Of a DNA stretch of 64,000 nucleotides, positions 25,190 to 38,289 are shown one piece after another. A program made the translations under genes and the position numbers. The notes beneath the pieces are model-generated. The model was not told the origin of the DNA. It ran no database searches and saw only the letters and a program-made list of their open reading frames with translations. This DNA comes from Squalus acanthias. Lineage: Eukaryota. The stretch is taken from contig CM059433.1 of the NCBI GenBank assembly GCA_030390025.1, positions 1,612,001 through 1,676,000 of the forward strand, in the 5' to 3' direction. How positions within the stretch are numbered: position 1 is the first letter of the stretch; the number at the start of each line of letters is the position of its first letter.

Positions 25190-26082
25190 GGGGGAAAAAT
25201 TCAGTTGGTTGCGCCTCCCGTTAGCGCCTTAAGAGGGCGCTAATGGGGCACAAAGCATCTAGCGCCCAGGCGCGGCGAAGTTTGCGCCGCTCGCGAAATT
25301 AACTAGACATTTTGCGGCGCTGCTAAACACTACCGCCACGACCTCCTGCGCCGGCAGATCATGACGTCACTCGAGTGCGCAACGCCCCGGTATCGCCCCG
25401 GAGCGGATATTGAGTGGCGCCCCCTGCCTTACCGCCTGATGCTAGCAACGACAGGTTGAGGGGAGCGTTCTGCAGTCATGAAGGGAAAGGGGGAGCGCTA
25501 GATAAAGGTGACCGCTTCCTGCCTTTTATTGTTGGTGCCATTTTTGAACTATGCATTCTGAGAGAGAGAAGGAGAGACTTCTGGAGAGATTCAACGTTTT
25601 GTGAAGGAGTTTTGGGTACTGAGCAGCACTTTGCAGGTTCATTTTGATTTGCCATTCCTTGTATCGATTTAGCAGAGACTGTGGGGGCTGCACTCTGAGC
25701 TCTTGGCCTGGTACTCTCCATTGTTCTTTCCAGCACATTTGACGTGCAGGTCTCTCCAGGCCGAGATTCAAGGCTGCAATGAGCAGGATGTGAGTGGAAA
25801 CCAAGATTAACCATCCCCTTTAAGAACTGCCCCGTGCAATTGTGTGTGTGTTCCATTGCTGACTGACATTACATGAGCTTCGCCAACGCTCTGAGGTAGC
25901 GCCTCGCTCCTTGGCCTTTGCGCCTTAAGACAGGTGTGAAGCGCCTGATTTAGCGCTGCAATCACCTCCAGGGGCGATAAAAGTCAAGTTTGCAGTCGGA
26001 GGCGAAAATTAGTGCCAGGCGCTAATCTTTGCACCCGGCCCATAATTGCGCCCCAAATGGGGCGATACTGAATTTCTCCCCC
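25190..26082 (+). mobile_element. 893-bp Harbinger-type non-autonomous element (left arm of the palindrome)
   Basis: TIR GGGGGAAAAATTCAGT / ACTGAATTTCTCCCCC; ATA TSD at 25187-89 and 26083-85. Confidence 0.92.
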
Positions 26083-26093
26083 ATAGAGTCATA

Positions 26094-26986
26094 GGGGGAG
26101 AAATTCAGTATCGCCCCATTTGGGGCGCAATTATCGGCCGGGCGCAAAGATTAGCGCCTGGCGCTAATTATCGCCACCGACTGCAAACTTGACTTTTATC
26201 GCCCCTGGAGGTGATTGCAGCGCTATATCAGGCGCTTCACACCTGTCTTAAGGCGCAAAGGCCGAGGAGCGAGGCGCTACCTCAGAGCGTTGGCGAAGCT
26301 CATGTGATGTCAGTCAGCAATGGAACACACACACAATGGCACGGGCCAGTTCTTAAAGGGAATGGTTAATCTTGCTTTCCATCCACATCCTGCTCATTGC
26401 AGCCTTGAATCTCGGCCTGGAGAGACCTGCACGTCAAATGTGCTGGAAAGAACAATGGAGAGTACCAGGCCAAGAGCTCAGAGTGCAGCCCCCACAGTCT
26501 CTGCTAAATCGATACAAGGAATGGCAAATCAAAATGAACCTGCAAAGTGCTGCTCAGTACCCAAAACTCCTTCACAAAACGTTGAATCTCTCCAGAAGTC
26601 TCTCCTTCTCTCTCTCAGAATGCATAGTTCAAAAATGGCACCAACAATAAAAGGCAGGAAGCGGTCACCTTTAAATAGCGCTCCCCCTTTCCCTTCATGA
26701 CTGCAGAACGCTCCCCTCAACCTGTCATTGCTAGTGTCAGGCGGTAAGGCAGGGGGCGCCACTCAATATCCGCTCCGGGGCGATACCGGGGCATTGCGCA
26801 CTCGAGTGACGTCATGATCTGCCGGCGCAGGAGATCGTGGCGGTAGTGTTTAGCGCCGCCGCAAAATGTCTAGTTAATATCGCGAGCGGCGCAAACTTCG
26901 CCGCGCCTGGGCGCTAGATGCTTTGCGCCCCATTAGCGCCCTCTTAAGGCGCTAACGGGAGGCGCAACCAACTGAATTTTTCCCCC
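26094..26986 (-). mobile_element. 893-bp copy of the same element in opposite orientation (right arm)
   Basis: Reverse complement of 25190-26082 with scattered substitutions (the mirrored 126/92/77-aa spurious ORFs confirm this); ATA TSD at 26091-93 and 26987-89. Confidence 0.92.
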
Positions 26987-27829
26987 ATAGAGTTATACAG
27001 CACAGAAAGAGGCCCTTTGGCCCATCGTGTCCGCGCCGGCCATCAAGCCCTGTCTATTCTAATCCCATTTTCCAGCACTTGGTCCGTAGCCTTGTATGCT
27101 ATGGCGTTTCAAGTGCTCATCTAAATGCTTCTTGAATGTTGTGAGGGTTCCTGCCTCTACCACCCTTTCAGGCAGTGAGTTCCAGATTCCAACCACCCTC
27201 TGGGTGAAAAAGTTTTTCCTCAAATCCCCTCTAAACCTCCTGCCCCTTACTTTGAAACTATGCCCCCTGGTTATTGACCCCTCTACTAAGGGGAAAAGTT
27301 CCTTTCTATCTACCCTATCTGTGCCCCTCATAATTTTGTACACCTCAATCAGGTCCCCTCTCAGCCTTCTCTGCTCGAAGGAAAACAACCCCAACCTGTC
27401 CAGTCTTTCTTCATAGCTGAAGCGCTGCAGCCCAGGTAACATCCTGGTGAATCTCCTCTGCACCCTCTCCAATGCAATCACATCCTTCCTATAGTGTGGC
27501 GACCAGAACTGCACACAGTATTCCAGCTGTGGCCTAACTAGCGTTTTGTACAGCTCCATCATAACCTCCCTGCTCTTATATTCTATGCCTCGGCTAATGA
27601 AGGCAAGTATCCCATATCTCTTTTTAACCACCTTATCTACCTGTCCTGCTGCCTTCAGGGATCTATGTACATGCACACCAAGGTTCCTCTGATCCTCTGT
27701 CCTTCCTAGGGTCCTACCATTCATTGTGTATTCCCTTGCCTTGTTAGTCCTCCCAAAATGCATCACCTCACACTTTTCAGGGTTAAATTCCATTTGCCAC
27801 TGTTCTGCCCATCTGACCAACCCGTCTAT
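26987..27829 (-). mobile_element. 5'-truncated CR1, same subfamily as 23555-24456; its (ATAGAGTC)n tail extends to ~25180
   Basis: ORF 27059-27892 contains IDGLVRWAEQWQMEFN...LEYCVQFWSPHY...GYGPSAGKWD. Confidence 0.92.
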
Positions 27830-28764
27830 TAGCTGTGTGACGCAGTGGTCTTCCAGCATCACTCCCGCCAGATACCAGAAGCGCCTCCCCAAAAAGAGGC
27901 AGGTATAAGCGAATCAGATGGTATTGCTGGAGTGACATTATACAGCAAATCTTCTGTCATTACTACCATAGCAACACTGGACGCCAGCACGTTACTTGCA
28001 TCCAGTGTTGTTTGGCTGAGCAGAGGTCTTTTAAAAATTAAATGGCCTACCCCGGGGAGTGCAATTGATTGTAGAGTGATTGATTCATATTCCTCACTTG
28101 GCACTTCAAGCTGAATCTAGCAGAGGTTCCCCAGCCTGAGGGTAAATGGTCCCTTTAAGATGGTCTCCGCTGGGAGCCCACCACACATGATTTAAATTAG
28201 GCCACCCCCAAGAAATACTCCAGGGCGACAGTGTGATTGACAGGAGGGCAAAGTCCTTTCCCTGTCACATTACCAGTGGCATGGCCGCCAAAAAGGAAAA
28301 TCTAGACCAGTAGTCGAGCACATTGACCCTGTCGTAAGCCTGACAATGGCACTGATGCAGCCAGCCTCACAGACACTGGAGAGAGGAGGCCTCTCACCAG
28401 TTCATTTTATAATCAAACATAAGTCCTAGAATTCAAAGGATTGTGTGCTAACCCACTGTGTCAACCAATTTCTGGAGGCAAAAGAGTTAAAAATCCCAGA
28501 AATATGGATGAGGTAGATAGGTGTTAATGTATTTTTCTCAAATGAAATACCATTTGCATTGTCTGTAAATATCTGTCATTAAATAAAAAGGTAGCACATT
28601 TCATTGTAATATGGTTAGTTGTTGGGTCTCTGTCGAATTCTAAGGGGGAAATTTTAACCCCCAAAAATGGGTGGGTTTGGGTTGGGTGAGATGTGAAAAT
28701 TTTAAAAATCTCAAACCCGAACCCAGCCTGTCTCGAACCCGCCCACTTCGGGTTTTAATGGTGG

Positions 28765-29485
28765 TGGGACAGGGGACGGGGGTGCGGGGGCAGGGGGACA
28801 GGGGGCGGGGGCGGGGGGACGGGGGACAGGGGATGGGGGGGCGGGGGCAGGGGGACAGGGGACGGGGGGGGCGGGGGCAGGGGGACAGGGGGCGGGGGCG
28901 GGGGGACGGGGGACAGGGGCGGGGGCAGGGGGACAGGGGACGGGGGGGGCGGGGGCAGGGGGACAGGGGGACAGGGGGCGGTGGCAGGGGGACAGGGGAC
29001 AGGGGGCGGGGGGGCAGGGGCAGGGGGACAGAGGGCGGGGGGACGGGGGACAGGGGGCGGGGGCGGGGGCCAGGGGGACGGGTTACGGGGGATGGGGGAT
29101 GGGGGGCCAGGGGGACGGGTTACAGAGGACGGGGGATGGGGGATGGGGGGCCAGGGGGACGGGTTACAGAGGACGGGGGATGGGGGACGGGGGGCCAGGG
29201 GGATGGGTTACGGGGGATGAGGGACAGGGGGCGGCGACGGGGGACGGTGAGACAGGGTTCAGGGGCAGGGGGACAGGGGGCGGGGGCGGGGGGATGGGGG
29301 GCCAGGGGGACGGGTTACGGGGGACGGGGGATGGGGGACAGGGGGCGGCGACGGGGGACGGTGCGACAGGGTTCAGGGGCAGGGGGACAGGGGGCGGGGG
29401 CGGGGTGATGGGGGGCCAGGGGGATGGGTTACAGGGGACGGGGGGTGGGGGCGGGGGGGCGGGCGGATGGAGGGCGGGGGACGGG
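28765..29485. repeat. Extremely G-rich degenerate minisatellite (GGGGGC/GGGGACA/GGGTTAC units)
   Basis: Read directly; the Gly/Arg-rich ORFs are compositional artefacts. Confidence 0.9.
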
Positions 29486-29699
29486 CGGTTTAATGAGCCC
29501 GTGTGCCTCAGATTTTATTTGTCTTCCAGGTTTAACCCTGGCCGACCGGGTTTCCTGGGCCTCGGACAACTAGGCAGCTAAAGGGAATGCGAGGACTGCT
29601 GCGTGGAAGAGTTAAGTGTTTTTCCAGCACTGCTTGTGAGCCAGGAGGAGCAGAACTGCATCCCTCCGGCCCCCGAAACGAACCTGCTTCACCCCTTTC

Positions 29700-29870
29700 C
29701 AGGATCGCTGACCTCCCAGCCCCCCCAGGATCACTGACCCCACCCCCCCAGGATCGCCGACCTCCCCCCCCAGGATCACTGACCTCTTCCCCCTCCCAGG
29801 ATCGCCGACCTCCCCCTCCCCCAGGATCGCCGACCTCCCCCCACCAGGATCGGAACCCCTCCCCAGGATT
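29700..29870. repeat. C-rich minisatellite (CCAGGATCGCCGACCTCCCC-like, ~7 units)
   Basis: Read directly. Confidence 0.8.
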
Positions 29871-30809
29871 GGACCCCCATAGATTTGGAACCCCCCTGCC
29901 CCCACACACACAATCTCACTATCCCAGCAACAGGCCTCCTACCTGCTTCTGGGCTGTGGCCTCCCCCAGAGCGTTCCTCGCCCGACAGGGAGCCAAGCCT
30001 GTAAATCAGAGGCTGGCTTCCGAGTAGGGAACCCGCTGGGAAAGAAAGACGCTCGCTGTAGAGTCAAAACTCTACAGTGTGCAGGGTCCCGACCACAACT
30101 CCTCCCCGCCACTCGGAAAACCGGCCCATCAAGATCAGAGCCCAGAAGTCTGTAGTTATAAATGATGTGTCTTAATGCAACATCGTGGTCTGTTGTTTCC
30201 CTTTAATGTGGCAAATTACTGTTACTAATTTGAGATGAGTACGCTTACAAGTACAATTAAAATACATTTAGTTGAAGGAGCACGGTTTTGGGAAAGGTGT
30301 TTAGCAAATATTTTTATGTTTACAAACTTACATGGTGACGAGTTAAATTGCATTGATATACATGCGCCTGTAAATAGGAGGTGACATCATTGTTAATGCT
30401 CCTCTGACCCTTTTCCAATTTCAAGCAATAAACAAGCTCTTTCATAAAGGCAGAGCTCCTTTTAAAAAATTGTATTTAAAAAAAGTGGAAACTGCCTTTA
30501 AAAAGCAGAGGATCGCTCATGGTGCCCTGCCAGGGCCCCCTTTTTGATATGGGTGAACGGAAGGAACATTGACTGCAAGTTCCACCTGGGTAAAATCTGG
30601 TTCCACTTCCCAAACAGCATGTGGTGCATAGACATAATAGGCTCAGGAATATGTTGATTACTGTACCTGACCAGCAGACAGCGCTGAGGATGAAAGGACC
30701 AGCTGGGCTGAGAACACCACGGCCTAACCCTAACCCTTTTCAAAATTCTGTAATTTAAAATAAAAATCCTCAGGAAGAATCAGGACAACTAAATCTTTCG
30801 ATAGGAATG

Positions 30810-31030
30810 AAAAAGAAAGACTTGCATTTCTACAGCGCCTTTCACGACCACCAGACGTCCCAAAGTGCTTTACAGCCAATGAAGTATTTTTGGAGTGTAG
30901 TCACTGTTGTATTGTGGGAAACGCGGCAGCCAATTTGTGCACAGCAAGCTCCCACAAACAGCAACGTGATAATGACCAGATAATTGTTTTTTGTTATGTT
31001 GATTGAGGGATAAATATTGGCCCCAGGACA
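30810..31030 (-). mobile_element. Deu-domain SINE 3' fragment
   Basis: AAAGAAAGACTTGCATTT...GCAGCCAATTTGTGCACAGCAAGCTCCCACAAACAGCAA, same family as 5676-5823. Confidence 0.85.
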
Positions 31031-31534
31031 TGATATATATTTAGAATGAGAGCATGTTTGCTTTAACTACTGCAAAACTCTGTAAATTGTTTAACCCATC
31101 AGTACTGAAAACCTTCTTCAGTTTTCATAATACACACACATTTTTTTGTTGTATAATATCTTCAAAATTAACTGTGATTTGCAGCTTCCTCCAGAGTTGC
31201 TATTGCCATGGGCCTAGTTTCATTATCACCATGGATACCTAACTATTCCCATGGAGACAATCTAGGTTCCAAATGAAAATTCCAAAAAAGAGCACAATCC
31301 ACAGCCTCTCCGTTGTAATAATTAGATATATTTTTAATATTATGGGAGCGAGGTATTGAGTGCAATTTTTTTTTTCAGTAGCTTCATAATTTTTTCCTGT
31401 TCAGTCCTTCGATAAACCTTAGTCACTGACCTGAAAACAGTACTTTTACATAATTTGTCACTGAGTTAGTGCAGAGGACTGTGTGCAACATGCAGCAAAA
31501 TCGTAAGTGGATTTACAAAACAAATGCATAATTT

Positions 31535-31895
31535 GCGGCAACCAAATTGCGCACAGCAAGCTCCCACAAACAAATAGTTGTGAAACAAATGACCAGATCA
31601 TCTGTTTAAGGTGCTGGCTGAGGGATAAATGTTGGCCAGGACATTGGGGAGAACACCCCTACTTTTACTTTGAAAAGCACCATGGGATCTTCTACGTCTA
31701 TCTGAGAGGGCAGATGAAGCCTCAGAGTAACACCTCATCCGAAAGATGGAACCATCCAACAGTGCAGCAAAGCTCCCTCAGTGCTGCACTGAAGTGACAA
31801 GCTGAGATTATGTGCTCAAGTATCTGGAGCGGGACTTGAACCCATGACCTTCTGACTCCCAAATGCAGGAGTGCTACCCACTGAGCCAAGGCTGA
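31535..31895 (-). mobile_element. Deu-domain SINE with tRNA-like head
   Basis: Antisense head TCAGCCTTGGCTCAGTGGGTAGCACTC...GGGTTCAAGTCCC (A and B boxes); body homologous to 62884-63320. Confidence 0.8.
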
Positions 31896-32520
31896 TGCAA
31901 CTGTCCTGGAGCAGCAGTCACCACCTTTGGGTAAAGGGAGGGAGAGAAAACATGAATCTATTGCAAGTTGAGAAGGTCCTGGTAGTGTTTTGTGTCCCTG
32001 GCTGCTAGTGGCACAGCCACGTTAGAGCCACGTTAGAGTACAGATATAAGAGTCTAGAGCTGATGTGATGAATTCACACTGCAAGCAGGTGAGCTGCCTA
32101 TGATTTCCTGCCTCTTATAGCAAGGTTTCCACCAGGAGTGCAAGTTTAAAAAATTGCTCCCTATGAACAAGCATTAATATGTAGAATGCCAAATTCTGAC
32201 AGTCCCTGAAGGCAACCTATTGACAGATGTGAAGCTAATTTTGGTCTGCAGTTGTATATCAGTTTTCTAAGCAGTCAGGAACTGGTGCGTATCCTGCCAA
32301 AATAAGCAATGTTGCATCATAATCTAATTTGCATAATATTTCACAGGTCTGAGTGCAGACTCGGAGGAGTCTCGGGAGCATGAGTGATGGGGGAAGAAAC
32401 TTGCACGTAACTGAAATATAAAGGGATGGAACCAATCGGCAGACAAAGATTCAGGAAGCTTCTGAAGAATCTTGAAATGTGAGATGACGTAACGTTGTTG
32501 CTTCTAGTATGCAAGGACAT

Positions 32521-33865
32521 ATTTTTTATTCGTTCCTGGGATGTGGGCATCCCTGGCAAGACCAGCATTTATTGCCCAGCGCTAATTGCCCTTGAGAAGG
32601 TGGTGGTGAGCCGTCTTCATCAACCGCTGCAGTCCGTGTGGTGAAGGTGCTCCCACAGTGCTGTTAGGGAGGGAGTTCCAGGATTTTGACCCAGCGACGA
32701 TGAAAGATCGGCGATTCATTTCCAAGTCAGGATGGTGTGTGACTAGAAGGGGAACTTAGAGGTGGTGGTGTTCCCATGTGTCTGCTGCCCTTGTCCTTCT
32801 AGGTGGAAGAGCTCGCGGGTTTGGGAGGTGCTGCCAAAGAAACCTTGGTGAGTTGCTGCAGTGCATCTTGTAGATGGTACACACTGCAGCCACGGTACGC
32901 CGGTGGTGGAGGGAGTGAATGTTTAAGGTGGTGGATGGGGCCCCAATCAAGCGGGCTGATTTGTCCTGGATGGTGTCGAGCTTCTTGAGTGTTGTTGGAG
33001 CTGCACTCATCCAGGCAAGTGGAGCATATTCCATCACACTCCTGACTTGTGTCTTGTAGATGGTGGAAAGGCTTTGGGGAGTCAGGAGGTGAGACACTCT
33101 CCGCAGAATACCCAGCCTCTGACCTGCTTTTGTAGCCATAGTATTTATGTGGCTGGTCCAGTTAAGTTTCTGGTCAATGATGACACACCAAGATGTTGAC
33201 GGTGGGGAATTCAACGATGGTAATGCCGTTGAATGTCAAGGGGCTGTGGTTAGACTCTCTTGTTGGAGATAGTCATTGCCTGGCACTTGTGTGGCGCGAA
33301 TGTTACCTGCCACTTATCAGCCCAAGCCTGAGTGTTGTCCAGGTCTTGCTGCATGCGGGCACAGACTGCTTCATTATCTAAAGAGTTGCGAATGGAACTG
33401 AACACTGTGCAATCATCAGCAAACATCCTCGCTTCTGACCTTATGATGGAGGGAAGGTCATTGATGAAGCAGCTGAAGATGGTTGGGGCTAGGACACTGC
33501 CCTGAGGAACTCTTGCAGCGATGTCTTGGGGCTGAGATGATTGGTCTCAAACAACCACAACATCTTCCTTTGTGCTAGGTATGACTCCAGCCAGTGGAGA
33601 CTTTTCCCCCCGATTCCCATTGACTTCAATTTTACTAGGGCTCCTTGGTGCCACACTCGGTCAAATTCTGCCTTGATGTCAAGGACAGTCACTCTCACCT
33701 CACCTCTGGAATTCAGCTCTTTTGTCCATGTTTGGACCAAGGCTATAATGAGGCTGTAATGAGGTCTGGAGCCGAGTGGTCCTGGCGGAACCCTGGTGAA
33801 CCAGCGATGTCCTGGGGCTGAGATGATTGGCCTCCAACAAGCACGACCATCTTCCTTTGTGCTAG
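32521..33865 (-). mobile_element. CR1/L2-group LINE, same family as 4490-7143, 5'-truncated with intact 3' end
   Basis: KLNWTSHINTMATKAGQRLGILRRV...; colinear with 4490-5590; A-rich tail at ~32522-32530; short rearranged segment at the 5' end. Confidence 0.9.
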
Positions 33866-35219
33866 GCATGACTGTGAATAATTATGCCAATGAGCATATG
33901 ATGCAACATTGAGTGCTACTAGCAATTTCTCATTCTGGCGGGATTTGCACCAGTTCTGCTTCAACCTGATATACACCTGTCTACACAATGGGCAGACGAA
34001 AATACAGAAAGCTTCTTCAGAATCTTCAATACTTCAAAAGCATTTTTTAAGCCTAAGAAGAAGCAGGAAACAATGAAAGGAAAGGAAACATGAGATGCAG
34101 CCATTAATCTTCAGGCAAATGACAGCAACCCAAAATCTGACACTGGTTAGATGGCCGCTGAAATGTAGGTGGTGCAGCACGAGGTGTGTGCAAAGAGGGT
34201 GGTCCTCTGTGCCACTCCATACGGCCATCCTCATAGGCCAGCATACCTGCAAGGAGGTGGAGTTACGATTCAGGCCACAGCTGACCATTAATGTCAGTGG
34301 ATGCACCAGCTGTAATTTACACTGTGACTGCAGGTGTCCTTGCAGCAGATGGTGCAGCTCAACATCTGCCTCTCTGCTGAGAAGATGGGTTACTGGTGGC
34401 CTTGTCTGGTGCTGCCGAAATGGTTGGTGGCATCTTGGCAGGTGTGGCCAAACAGGCCACAGTGGTTCCTGGTGACCCTGGCATTCCTTCTTTCATGCAG
34501 TGCCCTGTAAAGTATCACAGGCTACTTTTGTGGGGATGTAATTTCCTGCCAGCCAGAACTCCCACCTGAAACAGCTGGCAGCCTCATGAACAGACAAATT
34601 AAGCTCCCACTGGAGGAGGATCTTCAGCTCAATGAGGCAGAGAGTGCCGGTGACATGGAGGATGGTCAGAAACTGAAGAGGATCCAGCTGTGAGCTGCCA
34701 CTAGAGCTGTTCCACAGCAACTTATTGTAGAGAGAGCTTTGACTGAGTAATCCCTGCTCCCCTGCATTAACAATTATTTCGAACATCAGTCCCAGTCCTT
34801 GCATACTAGAAGCAACCACATCTACTCATCTCCCAAAAATGTCCGTTATGCCATCTCGCATTTCAAGATCAGCACCCTCTACAGGAATATTCCCTGCTCA
34901 GAAAGGCTGTCACCCTAGAGCCTGACTGAAGTGCTCTTTTACCTACTTGCTTCAAGTGGCTGTAACACTGGAGGAGGAAGGCTGCTGAGCTTTATTCAAG
35001 GACTCATGAGATGATCATGGTCAGCCACCTCCATGAGCTCGGGCCCGAGAAGATGCAACAACTCAGCATCTGTCTGGCCCAGCTTGCTTTCTGGCACCAA
35101 GGTAGGCATTAGTTGAGAGGGTTGCAAGCATTACAGAGGGGCCGGCATTGTGTAGAGCTGCCCTTGCTACAGGACTGCAGCTCAGCACTCCCACTGATCT
35201 GCGGGAGAGCAGACTCCAA

Positions 35220-37870
35220 GAAATGATTCATCTGTATGGGTTGAACTGAGAAATAACAAGGGGCAGAAAACGTTAGTGGGAGTGATATATAGACCTCCAA
35301 ACAGTAATGCGGAGGTTGGGGATGGCATTAAAAGGGAAATTAGAGAAGCATGCAATAAGGGCACAGCAGTCATCATGGGTGACTTTAATTTACATATAGA
35401 TTGGGCTAACAAATTAGTAACAATACTATGGAGGAGGAATTCCTGGAGTGTTTACGGGATGGTTTTCTGGAACAATATGTCGAGGAACCGACCAGAGATC
35501 AGGCCATCTTAGACTGGGTATTATGCAATGAGAAAGGATTAATTAGCAATCTTGTTGTGCGAGGCCCCTTGGGTCAGAGCGATCATAATATGATAGAATT
35601 CTTCATTAGGATGGAGAGTGAAGTAGTTGACTCAGAGACTAGGGTCCTGAATTTAAATAAAGGAAACTACGATGGTATGAGGTGCGAGTTGGGTAGGATT
35701 GATTGGGGAATGTCACTCAAAGGGTTGACGGTGGATAGGCAATGGCAAACATTCAAAGACCGCATGGACGAACTACAGAATTTGTTCATCCCAGTTTGGC
35801 ATAAGAATAAAACAAAAAGGGTGACTCAACCGTGGCTAACAAGGGAAATTAGGGATAGCATAAGATCCAAGGAGAGGGCATATAAATTAGCCAGAAAAAG
35901 CAGTAACCCTGTGGATTGGGAGCAGTTTAAGATTCAACAAAGGAGGACAAAGGGATTAATTAAGAAAGGGAAAATAGAATACGAGAGTAAGCTTGCAGGG
36001 AACATAAAAACTGACTGTAAAAGCTTTTATAGATATGTGAAGAGAAAAAGATTAGTGAAATCAAGCATAGGTCCCTTGCAATCAGAATCAGGGGAACTTA
36101 TAATGGGGAACAAAGAAATGTCAGACCAATTAAATACATATTTTGGTTCTGTCTTCACAAAGGAGGACACAAATAATCTCCCAGAGATGTTGGGGAACAT
36201 AGGGTCTGATGAAAGGGAGGAACTGAAAGAAATCAGTATTTGTAGGGGAATGGTGTTAGGGAAATTGAAGGGATTGAAGGCCGATAAATCCCCAGGGCCT
36301 GATAATCTACATCCTAGGGTACTTAAGGAAGTGGCCCTATAAATAGTAGATGCATTGCTGATCATCTTCCAACATTCGATGGAATCTGGAACTGTACCCA
36401 TGGATTGGAGGGTAGCCAATGTTACCCCACTATTCAAAAAGGGTGGTGGAGAGAAAACGGGGAATTACAGACCGGTAAGCCTGACATCGGTAGTGGGGAA
36501 AATGCTAGAGTCCATTATAAAAGATGTAATAGCTGAGCACTTGAAAAACAGTGACAGGATCGGACAAAGTCAACATGGATTTACAAAAGGTAAATCATGC
36601 TTGACTAATCTATTGGAATTTTTTGAGGATGTAACTGGTAAAATAGATAAGGGAGAACTAGTGGATGTGGTGTATTTGGACTTCCAAAAGGCTTTTGATA
36701 AGGTCCCGCATAAGAGATTAGCGTGTAAAGTTAAGGCACATGGGATTGGGGGCAAGGTATTGACTTGGATAGAGAACTGGTTGGCAGACAGAAAGCAAAG
36801 AGTTGCAATAAACGGGTCTTTTTCCGAGCGGCAGGCAGTGACTAGTGGGGTACCGCAGGGATCGGTCCTTGGACCCCAGCTATTCACAATATATATTAAT
36901 GATCTAGACAAGGGAACTAGATGTAATATCTCCAAGTTTGCAGACGACACAAAACTGGGTGGGCGTGTGTGCTGCGAGGAGGATGCCGAGAAATTCCAGG
37001 ATGATTTGGACAGGTTGGGTGATCGGGCAGAAGCGTGACAGATGCAATATAACGTGGATAAATGCGAGGTTATCCACTTTGGTGTCAAAAACAGAAAGGC
37101 AGATTATTATCTGAATGGCAATAGATTGGGAGAAGGGGAAGTGCAACGAGACCTGGGTGTCCTTGTGCACCAGTCGCTGAAGGTAAGCATGCAGGTGCAG
37201 CAGGCGGTTCAGAAGGCAAATGGTATGTTGGCCTTCATAGCGAGAGGGTTTGAGTACAGGAACAAGGATGTCTTGCTGCAGTTGTACAGGGCCTTGGTGA
37301 GACCACACCTTGAGTATTGTGTGCAGTTTTGGTCACCTTATCTGAGGAAGGATGTTCTTGCCATTGAAGGAGTTCAGCGAAGATTCACAAGGCTGATACC
37401 TGGGATGGCAGGAATGACGTATGAAGAGAGATTGGGTCAATTGGGCTTATACTCGCTGGCGTTTAGAAGAATGAGAGGGGATCTCATTGAAACTTATAAA
37501 ATTCTGACAGGACAGGACAAACTAGATGCAGGAAGGATGTTCCCGATGATCGGGGAGTCCAGAACCAGGGGTCACAGTCTAAGGATAAGGGGTAAGCCAT
37601 TTAGGACAGAAATGAGGAGGAATTTCTTCTCCCAGAGAGTGGTGAACCTGTGGAATTCTCTACCACAGAAGGCAGTAGAGGCCATTTCATTAAATAGATT
37701 CAAGAAGGAGTTGGATATATTTCTTAAGGCTAAAGGGATCAAGGGATATGGGGAGAAAGCAGGGACAGGGTACTGAGTTTGGATGATCAGCCATGATCGC
37801 ATTGAATGGCGGAGCAGGCTAGAGGGGCCGAATGGCCTACTCCTGCTCCTATCTTCTATGATTCTATGAT
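35220..37870 (+). mobile_element. 5'-truncated CR1 ORF2 (partial APE + full RT) with 3' UTR
   Basis: ORFs 35276-35512, 35428-36342, 36355-37038 and 37042-37776 are one ORF2 broken by one frameshift and two stops; tail TTCTATGATTCTATGAT. Confidence 0.95.
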
Positions 37871-38289
37871 CCGAGTGAAGCCACTATCCATTTGATCTCC
37901 CATCTTTTCCAAGGCGGAAAAGATGTTTGAGCCCAGGACCTACATGATTCCAGTATGAGCATCCCTGAGAGATGCTGTTATTGGTGTATAAACTCCTGCA
38001 GGGGGATAAGGGGGCCAGCTGCCAAAGGTCTTCAAGTGACCACACACTCCATGGTTTACTAGAGTGTCAATGCCATGCGTGAGAACCCTAAACCCTGCTA
38101 TACGACATGTCTTGGAATCTCCCTTGCAATCCAATGCCATCAGCAATTGTTACTGCACAGAGATGATTCTTTTTATTAAATGCTGGGCCTGTGAAGTCTA
38201 TTCAGCAGAGCCAAGATGTGAGCTGGCTCTCCAGTTAGTTATTCCTTTGGCCTTCTTTCCGACCTCCACCTGCTCCTGCTCACTTGTGT

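Larger units (their letters stand above)
28644..30143 (+). mobile_element. Non-autonomous Harbinger-type element (family B) expanded by internal minisatellites
   Basis: Both termini and internal blocks (e.g. CAGCACTGCTTGTGAGCCAGGAGGAGCA) match the reverse complement of the 56493-57906 element. Confidence 0.7.

Noticed and set aside
25414..26762. Duplicated 126/92/77-aa ORFs as a gene pair
   Set aside because: They are mirror images inside two copies of a non-coding MITE and have no recognisable domain.
28671..30027. Gly/Arg-rich and Pro-rich ORFs as RGG or collagen-like proteins
   Set aside because: Products of G/C-rich minisatellites that lack stops in several frames.
36027..37308. Long antisense ORFs over the CR1 RT
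   Set aside because: Commonplace shadow ORFs of LINE coding sequence.
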